This document shows, piece after piece, positions 18,967 to 32,600 of a stretch of DNA of 64,000 nt. Each line of letters begins with the position of its first letter. Position 1 is the first letter of the stretch. The stretch comes from Piromyces finnis finn (lineage: Eukaryota; Fungi; Neocallimastigomycota), in NCBI GenBank assembly GCA_002104945.1, contig MCFH01000030.1, forward strand, positions 186,001-250,000, read 5' to 3'. The notes beneath the pieces are model-generated. The model saw only the letters and a program-made list of their open reading frames with translations, made no database searches and was not told the origin of the DNA. The position numbers were made by a program, and so were the translations under genes.

Positions 18967-20330
18967 TTAATCTAATAGTTGTTTAAAAGTACAGAAAAAT
19001 CTTTGAGCTGGAAAACCTATTGTATATAATAATTTATTAATTACGCATTTAAAAATATTATGTAGATTTATTTTAAAAAGATATATGAATATTGAATATT
19101 TACCAACAACATTATAGTAACAACCATTGATTTTTTCAATAAAAAAGGCTGATAATCCTTGATAACCATAACTTCCGGCTTTGTCCCTATTAACAAAGAA
19201 TTTATATATTTAATTTAATATAAATGGAATAAAGAGATATAGTTATTAATTAAAATAACTATTCTATTTACATTGGTTCTCCAGTTGCTACATATGCATC
19301 AATAACTTCGTCAGAAAAAGATTCCTTTTCTGATGAGAATGAAACTTGTGTTTCCTCGACAAATGATACTATAACCATATCATTTGTATCAACATCATTT
19401 TGAATATCTTGAAGGGTTAATAAAGTAGCATTTTCTATATATGATTTATTTGGTGGCAAACGTTCTACTTTTGTAGTTAAAATATTTTCTTCTACTTTTC
19501 TTTTTTTATTAATATGACTCTGAGTATTTTTTGCTTTTAAAACTTTCTCTATGTTGAATAATGCTTTTTTTTCACTTTTTAAAACACTGTCTTTTAATGG
19601 AAGAACTATACTAACACCTGTAAAAACACTATGATGTTGCCCTCTTAGATTTTTTAATGTTGCTTTTGCATCTTCAATTGAACTTGGTTTACCGAGAATT
19701 TTATTTTGACAAGTGACAACTGTATCAGCACCGACAACAATTATATTATCTTTAATATTACTATTCTATTTTTTTTTTTTTTTTTTTTTAATACTTAGTT
19801 TTAAGTTATTGATTTATTTTATACATATATATATACAAATATTTATTGTAGTATTAATAAAAACAAATTATATTTTACTTTTCTTCTGCAATAAACCTCA
19901 AGTGACTAAGAGATTATTTTATTACAAATAATATTTAAATTTATACAAATTTTAAGAGAATTAAAACAACATATGATAAAAATAATTTATATTCAATTAT
20001 ATGTGTTTAATATATATACAATATTTAGTATAATGTTTAATTATAAATTATAATATCATCTTATTTATATTTAAAAGTAAATTTAAATAATTTCTATTAT
20101 ACTTTTTCTATGGCATTTCTTCTAACATAATCAGCTACATTTGAATTATTTTTATCAAGAATAGATTCATCAAATTTTGAAGGATCGACTTCAAATGGAA
20201 TATCTAGTTTTGATAAAATTTCTTTACGTCTTGGTGAACCTGAACCGAGAATTAATTTTAATAATGCTTCTTCTGATTTATCTTTATCATTAACTTTAAA
20301 TTTCTGTAAAAATGGTAAATTGAAATTCAT
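18967..20330 (-). CDS. Maf-family nucleoside-triphosphate pyrophosphatase (YhdE-like), multi-exon
   Basis: [17 protein letters not shown]|[12 protein letters not shown]...[26 protein letters not shown]|[10 protein letters not shown]...[14 protein letters not shown]|FP; all standard Maf motifs are present. The R/T/Q specificity residues match the YhdE (dTTP/UTP) subgroup. Confidence 0.9.
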
Positions 20331-21346
20331 TTCTTTTTTTTTTTTTTTTTTTATTTTATTTTATATGAATGATACTTTAAATATATATTTAGTTTTTTTT
20401 TTTTTTTTATTTATTTAAATTAATATATAATTAAAAAAAAATAAATTAAATTAATTAAAATAGTATATAATTATGAAAGATATAAAAATAAAAATTTTAA
20501 TCAAATTTGATATATAAATCTTAATTAATAATAATTTTATTAAATTATTGTATTTAAATATAAAGTACATTTAATAATTATTTTTGATAAATTTTAAGAA
20601 AATTTTATTTATATGGACAAACCTGTTAAAAAAAAATATCGCTTGTTGTTTATAGTAAGGAGTTCAACATTTTAATATTAAAATAGATATAATCAATATA
20701 GTTATTTATTATTTCAAAAGACTTATATACAATATATACATATATTTAAGTAAGGTAATGAATATTTGAATTAATAGTAAATAATAAAAATTTAATGTAT
20801 ATATTTATACACATTAAACATATTTTATTTATTTTTTTGGAATTTTCAAAGTAATTTTTTTTTATTTTCATTTTAATGTAAGGCAGCATTTTCATAGTTG
20901 AATAATATAGATTTTTAAAATACTAAAAATATAAATATAATAACATTTAAATTACATTCTTATTTAAAATAATTCCAATGACAAACATTTAAAATACTTG
21001 ATAAACAATACAATTATTTATTCTATATAACTGCTTTTATTAGGTTATTATAAAATTAGAGATATTTTACAAAGTAAAATTTTAAATATAAACATTGATA
21101 TTATCTTGTATATCATACTTATAAATAAATAAGTTAATTCAAGAAAAATAATACTATTAAATGTTTGAGATTCAAATAGAGCATTTCAATATTTATATTA
21201 ATATTTAATTTTCTTTTTTAAAATAAATAAATATGAGATATTATATGCAATAGAATAAGAATTTATAATATTGATATTATATATTTATTATTATCATTTT
21301 ATATGAATATTTTTTTTTAAAAAAATAGTATATTTAAATAGTAATA

Positions 21347-24300
21347 ATGACAATTTTATTACTAGAACCAATTGGTGAGTCTTTTAGTGAGAAAAGAATT
21401 AATCTTACTACTGATATTATAAAAGTTGGAAGGTATATATTTATATTACAAAGTTTAAATATTTTGTGGTCAAATTAATAATTCATTGAATATTATAAAT
21501 AAAAGAAAAATATCAGCAAAAAATCCACCAGAACCATATAATGGTATATTTGAAAGTAAAGTATTGAGTAGAACTCATGCTGAAATTTGGAATGATAAAG
21601 GAAAGGTAGAAAATAAAAATTACTTTATATCAAAAAAACAATTGGCTATTTTATGTAGTATTAATTTTTTCCCCTCCCAAATACATATATAAAGATTTTA
21701 ATTAAAGATGTTGGAAGTAGTAATGGTACTTTTATTAATGGAAAAAGAATTAGTGAGGAAGGTCAACCAAGTGCATCCTTCGAATTACATACGGGTGATA
21801 TATTAGAATTTGGTATTGATATTAAAAATGAAGAAGGAGATGATAGTAAGTGTATTTTTCAATTTTATAAAACAATATAGAATGTAGATAAAAATATAAA
21901 GTTTATAAACAGAGTTTTTATTAATTCGCCACCAATTTAAAAGTTCTATATAGAAAAGTATCAGCAAAAGTAAAAATAATGTCAGATGATTCTTCTTCAA
22001 ACTATTCAGAGTAAATATAATAATTATATTAATAAACATCATAAGTAATTTAATATAATAAATTAATTTAATTTCAAAATATATATATATGTATTTTTTC
22101 CTTTTTTTCCTTTTTTAAAAAATAATAAAATAAAATAAAGGGTTTTAATAAATTTTGAAACTATCTTGGATGTAAATATAATAGATATTCATAATATAAA
22201 AATCATTTTTAAATAAAAGACTTTAATACTAAAAGAAATAATAATGTATTAATATATTTAATTTTATAAATCAAGAAACAAATTGAAAAAGCAGAGAGTA
22301 CTCAATCGGAATTAAAGCTAATAAGAAATATAATATCAGATTTAACTTCAAAAATTGAATCTATTCCACCAACTGTAAGATTATTTAATAATAATAATAA
22401 TAATATATAAATTTTTTACAAATATTATCAAAATAAAAGTACCGCATATATTAAATATATATATTTGTTTTTACATTTTGAAAATCGTAAAGTTTTCAAA
22501 GAAGAAGATTTTAATGGAATTAGATGAAGCACATAATCAAGAAAGACTTTGGATAGATAAATATACAAATCTTTTAAAAAACTCTAGACAAAACGAAAAA
22601 GATTTAGAATTGTTAAAAGCAGATAATCAAAATTTAATTGATGATGCTGAATATACAAAATGCCAATTAGAAATTTCAGAGGATCGTGTTAAGGAGTTAG
22701 AGGAAAAACAAAGTTTTTATGAAAAAGAAAATCAAATTGTTAAAGATGAATACGCAAAAATGAGAAATGATGTAAGTAGTTTTGAAAGATTAAAGAATGT
22801 AAATTTAATAATTATTAATTCCAATTAATTTATTTTATAATTTTTTAAAAGTATAAAGATTTAAGCGATAAATTAGAAAGAGAAGAAAGACAAGTAATAC
22901 CTTTTTATTTTCGATATATTTATTAGTTAAATTAAACCTTTTATTAAAGACTAAAATTTATTGAATGTATAATGTTTAAATAGAATGAGAAATTTAAGAA
23001 AAGAATAAGTGACCTTGAAGAAAATTGTAGCAAAATTAAATATGAAGTATGATGTTAAGAATGTTATAAATTTAAAAGATGTTATATATATATTTATTAA
23101 ACTTTTTTTTTCTTTTTGTATATTGTAATATTTTGACTATGACGTTTTAAATTTATTATGGATATTACAAATGAAAAATGCTATGTATATTTTTTTTTCC
23201 TTTTATAAATATATATATATATTATATATGAAAATTGAATGCTTGAAAAAAAAATGATAAATAAAAACAATTCAAACGGTATGTAAAAAGAATATAGATA
23301 ATATGGATATTGCACAAGACAAGGTAGCCGAATTAAATAAAAAAATTGAAGAATTAAACAAAACCATTGAATATCTTGAAATGGAAAAAAAAGATATTAT
23401 TGTTTCCAAGAATGATATTAGGGATGAACTAAATTTACAAAAGATCGAGTTTAATAAAAAAATTAATGATTGGATAGAAAAAGAAAAACAATGGAATGAA
23501 GGTATGAATAATTTGAAGGATGAGATAGATAATAAAAATCATAGGAATGATGAATTATCAAAAGAGATTCAAGAATTAAAAGAGGAAATTAAAAAGGAAA
23601 ATAAAGAATTAATTGCTATCAGTAATAATAATAAAAATATTACATCATTAGAAAACAATTGTAAACATTTAAAGGAAGAAAATGAAAAGTTAAAGAAAAC
23701 AATAGAAGAAGAAAAACAAAAAGGTAGAGCCAATCTTAAAGAATGGAACAGTTTTAAGAATAAATTAACAAAAGATAATGAAAGTTTAATAAAGGAAAAG
23801 GATACCTTATCTAAACAATTAAAAGAGCTTCAACAATGGAAATTGGAAAAAGAAAAGGAAATTTCTTCAAAAAAATTATCGATACCCTCAGCTTCACCAG
23901 AAAAAGATTTTTCTGTTACCAAATCCATTGATACAAACGATACCACTATTTCAAATACCATAACTTCTATGAATGTTAATACAACAACCATCACTAGCAC
24001 TGTCAACAGAAAGAATAAGAATAGAAAGAATAAGAAGGATAATAATAAAAAAGAAGATACCAAAACTGAGCCACAACCAGAACCAATAAAGCAAGAAGAT
24101 AAAGAAAAAGATGAATTTAATAATGATTTAAATCATAGTTTAGCTGCTTCTTCACAATCATCTCTTGCAACTATAAATTTAGATGATGAAAAACAAGCAC
24201 AAATTGGAGAAGAAGAAAATGTTATAATGCGAGTCATGGTAAATATTCCCCTCCCCCCCTTTTTTTTTATCTTATTAATTTATTATTAATATTAATTATA

Positions 24301-24488
24301 TGATATTTAATGAACCATCCCTTACTTTTATAACTAATTTTACAAAACAAAAAATTTTTTATTTTCTTTTTTTTTTAATTTTATAATTTTTATTATAGAA
24401 AACGGTAGTTATTCCACTTGTCATGGGTATATTGTTTTCAGTACTTTTTAATTATTTTTTCATTCATGATACTAAATCTTTTTCATGA
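21347..24488 (+). CDS. FHA-domain coiled-coil tail-anchored protein (SLMAP/Far10/Vps64-like, STRIPAK component)
   Basis: Spliced N-terminus IKVGR...NGIFESKVLSRTHAEIW...IKDVGSSNGTFINGKRIS...LHTGDILEFG is an FHA domain of SLMAP type. It is followed by long heptad-rich exons (22478-22828, 23303-24239) and a final hydrophobic exon KTVVIPLVMGILFSVLFNYFFIHDTKSFS*. Confidence 0.72.
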
Positions 24489-24848
24489 AAATAAATAAAT
24501 CATTATACCTTTTTCAATATTAAATGTATCACCATTTTACACTCAATGATAATCTAGATATTCTTAAATAATTATTATTATTATTATTTCTTTCCATTTT
24601 GTTTAATATTAAGTCATTATTAAATAATTAAAATATTTATTTTTTTTTTAATTTTATTTTTCTTTAATTTTTTATCTTTCCTTTTTTGAAAAAAAAAATT
24701 TTTTTTTTTTTTTTTGAAATCATTTCCTATTACCATAAACTTTTCTTTCATTTAAATAGTAAACTTTAAAAAAAAGAAAAATATAATAAGAGTAAAACGA
24801 ATTTACAAAATAAAGTTTTTATTTATAATAAAATTTGAAATAATAAAA

Positions 24849-24893
<45 letters not shown>

Positions 24894-25912
24894 AAAAAAA
24901 CAACTGATAATTACAAAATTTAACATCATCATCATCGTAGTAAGGAGAATAAAAAATAATAAATAACTAGCTAAACAAATAAATAAATAAAGATAAAATA
25001 AAAAATTTAGTAAATTTGATAATTATAATTAAAAAATAATAAATAAAAAAAAAAAAAATAAAAATAAAAACTAGTAAATAATAATAAAAAGCAATAACAA
25101 AAGAGTAATTTAATCTATTACAAATTTCTATAATGAAAAAAAAAAAAAGAAACTATATAAAACTATTTAAAAATAATAATAAATATAAATAAAAGAAAGA
25201 AAGAAACAGAGTAATATAGTCATAAAAAAAAAATAATATGTAAAAGAAAAAAAAACTTTAAATTTTCTTTGAATAAAGTGTGTCAGATGAAATGAATTTA
25301 GTATCTTGTGAATTTCCAAGCCTAAACCTGTGATTCATGAATAATTCTTTTTATTTATTTATTTATTAATTTATTCATTCATTCATTAAATTTTACCTTC
25401 CACACACAAATTAAAAATCGTTAACCATCACTAAGTTCTATTAATTAATATATTAATAATATATAATTAGTAAATTGTTAATTAAGAAATTAATAATTAT
25501 AATAATATATAATAAAATAAAAACTTTTTTATCCACAATATAAAAAACCTTTATTTTTTTTTTAAAAAAAAAAATATCAAAGGAAGAAACCCTATGAAAA
25601 TATTAAAACTTATTCTGAAAGAAAAGTTTATTGAAAGATTTCAATAAAAGTAAAATAGTATACATATATATTTAATATACATTATTTTCCCACTATTTAG
25701 TTTATGTTTTTTTTTTTTTTAAAAAAAAAAAAGATTTTAAGTAAGATTATAAAGAATTTAAATAAATACACTTTACATTTTATTTCTAGGTTACTTTTCA
25801 TTTATATACAAAATACAAAACAAAGCCATTTCTTTATATATCTTTATAAATTAGAAATATATATTAAGGAACTAAACAAACAAATTACACTACTTTTAAT
25901 TTTCAATTAAAA

Positions 25913-26575
25913 ATGTCTTTTTATATATTAAATAATGAATATTATGATAGTTATGGCTATGTTGACCCTTTGGGTATTTCATATAATACAATAGGAAATA
26001 TCTATCATCATTCTTCGAGTACTATTAAATATAAGCGTAGTAGTATTGACAATTTCTTTCATTCATTTTCATTTTTTAGTAAAAATCATAATGTTGATAG
26101 AAGATTATCGGAAAGCAAAAAGAATAAAGAAAATAAAAATAATAAGATATATATAAAAGCATTAACTTCACAAACACCTTTAAATACTTTATCTTTAAAC
26201 CATAATAATAGTAATAATAATTATAATAGTAACGAAAATGATAGAATTAATAGAATTAAATTGAGTAAATATAATGAAAGATATTCTGATTTAATTTATA
26301 ATTCTTCTGTTTATCAACCTACTATAAATGTTGAAGAAAACGAAAATGAATATCGTATAAATGTATATTTATTAGACATAAAGAGGAATGAAATTAAAAT
26401 AGATTTAAATGGTGATAATATAATTATCCATGGCGAAAGAGGAAGAAAATCAAAGAAATATACAAAATTTACAAAATTTAATAGAATGTTTACTGTTCCA
26501 ACTGATGCAGATATTAATTCCATACAAGTAAGTTTTCAAAATCAAATTTTAGAAATTGTTCTAAAGAAGAAATAA
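25913..26575 (+). CDS. Small heat-shock protein (HSP20/alpha-crystallin domain), intronless
   Basis: The C-terminal ~85 aa INVEENENEYRINVYLLDIKRNEIKIDLNGDNIIIHGER...FNRMFTVPTDADINSIQVSFQNQILEIVLKK has the alpha-crystallin pattern. The long N-terminal arm is Asn/Ser-rich. Confidence 0.8.
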   Translation: MSFYILNNEYYDSYGYVDPLGISYNTIGNIYHHSSSTIKYKRSSIDNFFHSFSFFSKNHNVDRRLSESKKNKENKNNKIYIKALTSQTPLNTLSLNHNNSNNNYNSNENDRINRIKLSKYNERYSDLIYNSSVYQPTINVEENENEYRINVYLLDIKRNEIKIDLNGDNIIIHGERGRKSKKYTKFTKFNRMFTVPTDADINSIQVSFQNQILEIVLKKK

Positions 26576-27134
26576 AATAATATAATAGGAATATATATTT
26601 CTTTTTATAAAAAATTAAGAAATATATGAATAATTCTACTTTATATATCAATGCGAAACAATACAATACTGTTAAAAAAAAAAAACTATTTATTTTGTCT
26701 AAACGCATCAAATATCAAATGTACTTTTATATATTTTTATTGTAAATATGTTAAACATCAAATTTCGAAATATGTAATAATATAAAATAAACTTATTTTA
26801 AAATATATTAAACATTTTAATAACAACAATAATAATATCATTATATAATAAATATTTAATAATGATATATAAGTTTTTTTTTAAAGTGTTTTTTAAAAAA
26901 GTTAAATATTAATCTTTAATTCATCTTATATAAAAATATAAATATATTTATTCTGTTTATATAATTAACCATATCAACGCACACCAAAAGTATTTTTAAA
27001 ATTTATATTAAATTATTCCAATCAACATTATTGTTGATAAAATAAAATAAAATAAAAAATATCAATTAAAATGAAAAAATAGTTTAATATCAACGATATT
27101 TAATCATCCAAAAGATTAATATAAAAAATAATAC

Positions 27135-27174
27135 CTTGTATCTTGTGTAGTAGCCTAGTATCTTGTGTAGTGGT
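27135..27174. repeat. Short imperfect tandem duplication (2 x 20 bp)
   Basis: cttgtatcttgtgtagtagc / ctagtatcttgtgtagtggt; the core GTATCTTGTGTAGT is identical in both copies. Confidence 0.75.
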
Positions 27175-28831
27175 ATAGTGTTCTACTTTTGTAAAAAAAA
27201 AAAGTCTCCTTTTCTTACTATTATTGATTTTTAAAATTACACTCTATTTCTTATATGGGTTATTTATAAAGATTAAAATTACTTTTATTAAAAATGATGT
27301 TGTTTATTTTTTTATCCAATAAAAAAAAATAAAAGTGGAAAAATAATTTAATTTATAAAGTTACACAAAATAAAACATCGTTGTTGCTTTCCAATAAAAA
27401 AAATATAATAGTATAATTATATATTATTTTTTTTTTTCTCTTTTTCATAAAATACTTATTGTTAAAGTTTTCAAATGTAATGTTTTTTTCGCCGTTATAT
27501 TGATTCTAATATTGTTTTATAATTCAATATATAATAAAATAAACAGTTTAATTTAAAGTTTCCTGTCAATTCAATTTATTTTTAATCTAGTCCATAATGA
27601 TGTATACAATATTATATTGAAACTGTATTATATTTATTGATGCTATGTTTCAAAATACCACTTTTATATATCCCTATTGATTGATTATATATTAAAATAG
27701 TATTTTAATATATTGTATAAAACATTTTTATTTATTTATACATTACCAGAAAAAAAACAATTATAATATATTAAATATAATATATAATAAATACTATTTC
27801 TAAATAAAAAGTAATTTAATATTAAAGATTTAATAATAAGGTTTTTATATTAATTAATAAAATCTTGTACAACTTAAAAATTACTATAATAAGATATATC
27901 AAAAAGAACAAAACTGTTGAAAAGAATATTAAATATTTAAAATAAATTGAATATCAACTAAAGCTAGAATCAAAGTAAATAATATATTATTATATATTAT
28001 TATAATATATAATAGTATACGAATTGAGTAAATTCAAATTATTAATAACTAATAGTCATTATCATATAAAAATATAAATAATTATTATATAAACATTATA
28101 TTTAGCTTTATATAATCTGTATTTATTATTTTTCACATAGTCAAGGTGTAGGTAAATTATATATTATTTAATAATTATGAATTATTTTAGGATTATTATT
28201 AATATTATGGTTATATATATTTATTTATAATAATAAAATATATATTGAAAATAATTATTATTTTTCTCTTTTTTTTTTTATTTTTTTATTTTTACTGTTT
28301 TAGTTTATAATTATTTTATTATTTATTATAAAAATAAAAAGTAAAGCAATTTGATGATAATAATAAGAATTAATAAATATTATTATCATTAAAAAATAAA
28401 AAAAGAAAAAGAAAAATAAATTAGCTTTAAACTATAATTTTATTTTCTTTTTATTATTTTACTACCTGTATTATTATTATTATCAAATTAGAAAAGAAAA
28501 AAAAAACTAAAAGTTTATTTTTTAATTCATTATTATCAAAATTTCTTTTATATATTTGTTTTCAATTTTGTTATTTTTATATTACACATTTTCATACCAA
28601 AATTTTGTTTCAACACATATCCTATAAACCATAATTCAAACCATTTTTAATAAACTTTCAGCATATGTTTCAAAAATTCATATTTTAATAACCACATATT
28701 AATAAATATTCAAAAAAGAAAGTTTTATTCAACATACCATAACTAACCCTACTTTATTCAATGTAAATAATAAAAGAAATTAATTCCATAATACATACTT
28801 TAAACTTATTCAAAATCAAAGTAAATATTCT

Positions 28832-28832
<1 letters not shown>

Positions 28833-28895
<63 letters not shown>
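28833..28895. repeat. (TAA)n microsatellite
   Basis: About 21 perfect units, intergenic. Confidence 0.95.
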
Positions 28896-28897
<2 letters not shown>

Positions 28898-29607
28898 TAT
28901 TTAAACAAACAAATAAATAAACAAGGTATTTATATCGAAGCTCTATATAAATATAAAAAAAGAATTTATATGATAAAGACAAATTACACAAACTGAAATG
29001 TTCAGACTAAAAATTTAAAATAATAATTACCACATATTTAACATTAATTATATATAATATAAATAAAATAGAAATTTCAAAGAATTTATACTTTTCAAAA
29101 AAAAAAAAAAGTTTAATAATAATATACAGGTATAATATAGTTTAAAAAATATATTATATATGTTTTATTTTTAAACTGTTGTTTAAATAATTAAATAAAA
29201 ATAATCAATTATAAATGGTAAATATATATTTTTATTATTATTGGAAAAGTAAAACGTAAAAGAGATACTAAATTTAATTTTAATATATATATTATATAGA
29301 ATTAATAGATTAGAAAAAAAAAAAACATAGAAAAATAATAAAATACTAAAGAATTAGAAAAAACAAGAAAATAATAAAAAAAGAATAGATTATCATTCTA
29401 AACTACTATTCTTTATTATTATATTCTTCATATTGGAAAATAAATAATCAAATTAAAAACAAGAATTTATATATATTAAAATAAAATAACTAATAGAATT
29501 ACTTTTAAAAATATAATTTTAAAACATTTTACAAAAAGTAATAACAAACTCGAAAATAAATAACATTATAAGGCAATATTAAAAAAAGTGAAGAATAATA
29601 AAACTAA

Positions 29608-32600
29608 ATGGATTTATGTTTCTCATTAAAATGTACCAAGAGTAGGGATGATGACTATAAAACCCGTAGTGGTAACCTTTATACCATTCCAAACTATGTA
29701 ACAGACGATTATATTTTATCATGTCATACAAATAATTTCAATACTTTAATAAATCTTAAAAATAATGGAAATCGTCATTATAAATCTTATAAATTTCATC
29801 AAGCAGTTCAATGTTATACAAAAGCATTAGCTTCTTTTAGACAAGAAAAAAATATTAATCATTCTAAAAATAATGACAGTGATAGTTTTGACCTTTCAAA
29901 TGTAGGTATTAATACAACAATAAACGAAATTGACCAAAATAAGGTAAATAGTGTTGTTAAAGGTCATAAAAAGAATAGTCAAAGTATACCTACAATGTCA
30001 AGTTCTATAATATCAGTACCATCTCATATTACTTCACCATTGGCATCATCAAATAATATCAATATTGTTTCTAATAGTAAAAATAATGTAAATGTTAAGC
30101 AATTTCCAGTGTCAGAAACATCATCATATAAGATTCAGAGAAAGATAAGTGATGATGAATATAGTAATGCTTTAGAAAAATATTTTGAGGAAAATAATGG
30201 AATGGAAGCTTCTTTTAGTTCAACAATTCAAAGATCTGATTCTAATATATATCAAAATCAAATGTCAAATCAAGCGGTTGACCTTCATCGTCGTAAACCA
30301 AAAAATAAAAATCATAAAAATAATTCTAAACCTCAACCAATATATGCACCTCATCCAAAAGTTAAATCTAATGATGTTATGATTTTATATTCTACTCTTT
30401 TGGCGAATAGAAGTGCTTCTTATATCCGTTTAAAGGATTATAATAAAGCTAATATTGATGCTGAGTATATAATTGGGATTAGACCAAATTGGATCAAAGG
30501 TTACTATCGTAAGGCCGAAGCATTAAAAGGTTTAAAAAGATATCTTGAATCCTTGGATTATTATCATCAAGCTTTAAAATTTAATCCGTCTAGTGAAAAA
30601 ATTTTAAATGCAATTTCAACAGTTGAAATTTTATTAAGAAATGAAGAATTAGGTATTAAAATTTATCAGTTAGTTCCAGGTTATGATATTTGTGTAAAAA
30701 AATCAATATTTAAGCCAATTCAATATATTTTATTTAGTTATGCCCTGCAAATGCAAAACTATATTTATATTTTAGCTGATACTAAAACCAAACAATGTAT
30801 ATTGATTGATGCCTGTTGGGATATAGATGGTATTTTGGACTATGTTAATAAAGAAAAATTAAAAGTTATTGGTGCAATATATACACATTTTCATATTGAT
30901 CACACTGGTGGTATTCCTCCACCACCTTATAATAAGTACATGGTTAAGGTGGAGGGTATGGTTAAATTATCAAAAATATTTCCAAATATTCCATTCTTTA
31001 TTGGCCCAAGAGATATTGATTTTGTTTTAAAACAAAATCCAGATTTTAATAAAAATAGATTTGTTCCAATTGAAGATAAACAAGTATTAACTTTGGATGA
31101 TATTATTCAACTTAATAAATCAAAGGTTAAAAGAAGATCTCATGTTAATGAAAAAATTAGAAATACTAGTCATGAGAAATTATCACCATCCAAGCAGTCT
31201 GTTTTTAATGTCGATGATGAGGCGAAAGAAGTAGATGAAATCATTCCTATTAAAAATGAAATTGCTTCGGATTATGATGCAATTATTGAAAAAGAAGAAA
31301 ATTTTAATACCCAAATGTTGGACAAAAACTCTAATATTGAAAGTCATTATAAATTTAATAATAAAATATATAGACCGGTTAGAAGTCATTTAATAAGTGA
31401 TTATAAAATAAAACATATAAGCAATATTAATGAGGATCCTCTTGCTATAACAGAGGATACCAACACAGAAATTTATTCTAATTTCAATCTAAATGATGAC
31501 TTGGAAAATGAATTTAATAATGTTGCCAGTGAAGCCAGCGCCATTGAAAATTCAAACATAGGAAATATAAGTAATATTTGTTATGACGGTGAAAATTCAT
31601 TAAAATTCTATTCTAATCTTTCTGAACATGACGGTAATAAAAATATGGACAATAAAGTTAAAATTCCACAACCTGGTAACCAAGATGCTCCAATTACATC
31701 AACCCTTGATCGACCAAAGAAAAAATCAATTGAGGACAATAAAAGTAATCCATACAGTGATTCTAATAGATACGGCAAGATAAATGATACAATTTCCACA
31801 ATTTCCATGATTAATATAGACAAAAAGGATTATAGTTCTAATTTACTTGTTAAATCATCACAAAAGATTGATGATTTCCGTATTCAATTTATCTTTACTC
31901 CAGGTCATACATTAGGTTCAATGTGTATCTTGGTAAATGATGAACGTCTTTTCTCTGGGGATACTCTATTAATTGGTACTTGTGGTAGAATTGATTTACC
32001 AGAATCCTCACCAGAAGAAATGTATGACTCTTTAATGAATGTTCTTAGTCGTCTTGATGACGATATTGTAGTATACCCTGGACATAGTTATGGTGGTGAT
32101 GAATGGACTACAATTGCTCAGGAAAAACTCTTTGGATCAATGTACAACTATGGCTCTTATGATTTATGGCATTATGAATTAACGGGTTGTAATAAGAATT
32201 CAGATGAATCCATTCCTCCAAATAATTCCACAAATACTCAAGAAAATAAGAATGAGGAAGTGGTGATGACACCTATGTTGACAGTAGCTTCTCCAATTAA
32301 AACTAATTTTGATTCCCATCCTGAAGAAAATGTACCTGGAAAAGAATTAAAAGATACTAATGAAAAAGAAGTGATAGTTTCAACCATTACAGAACCTGTG
32401 GATGATGAAGAAAAAATTACAGAAATTCGTATTGGTCCTGCCAAAAGATATGACGAAAAAAAAGGATACTTTAGTAATTATGAGTATTTTGACATGAATA
32501 ATATTAATAGTAATAATAAATATTATAAGCCAAGTAATGCTGTAAGTGTTACTACAATTCCTTTGACTTCTTCTGTAAATAATCTTCCAGTATCCAATAA

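Noticed and set aside
25270-25912. Heat-shock elements upstream of HSP20
   Set aside because: I found only a degenerate GAATTTCC near 25310 and no canonical triple nGAAn array, so it cannot be supported.
28540-28800. C-rich strand-skewed patch with short Trp-containing minus-strand frames
   Set aside because: The frames are under 25 codons and inconsistent, too weak to call a relic.
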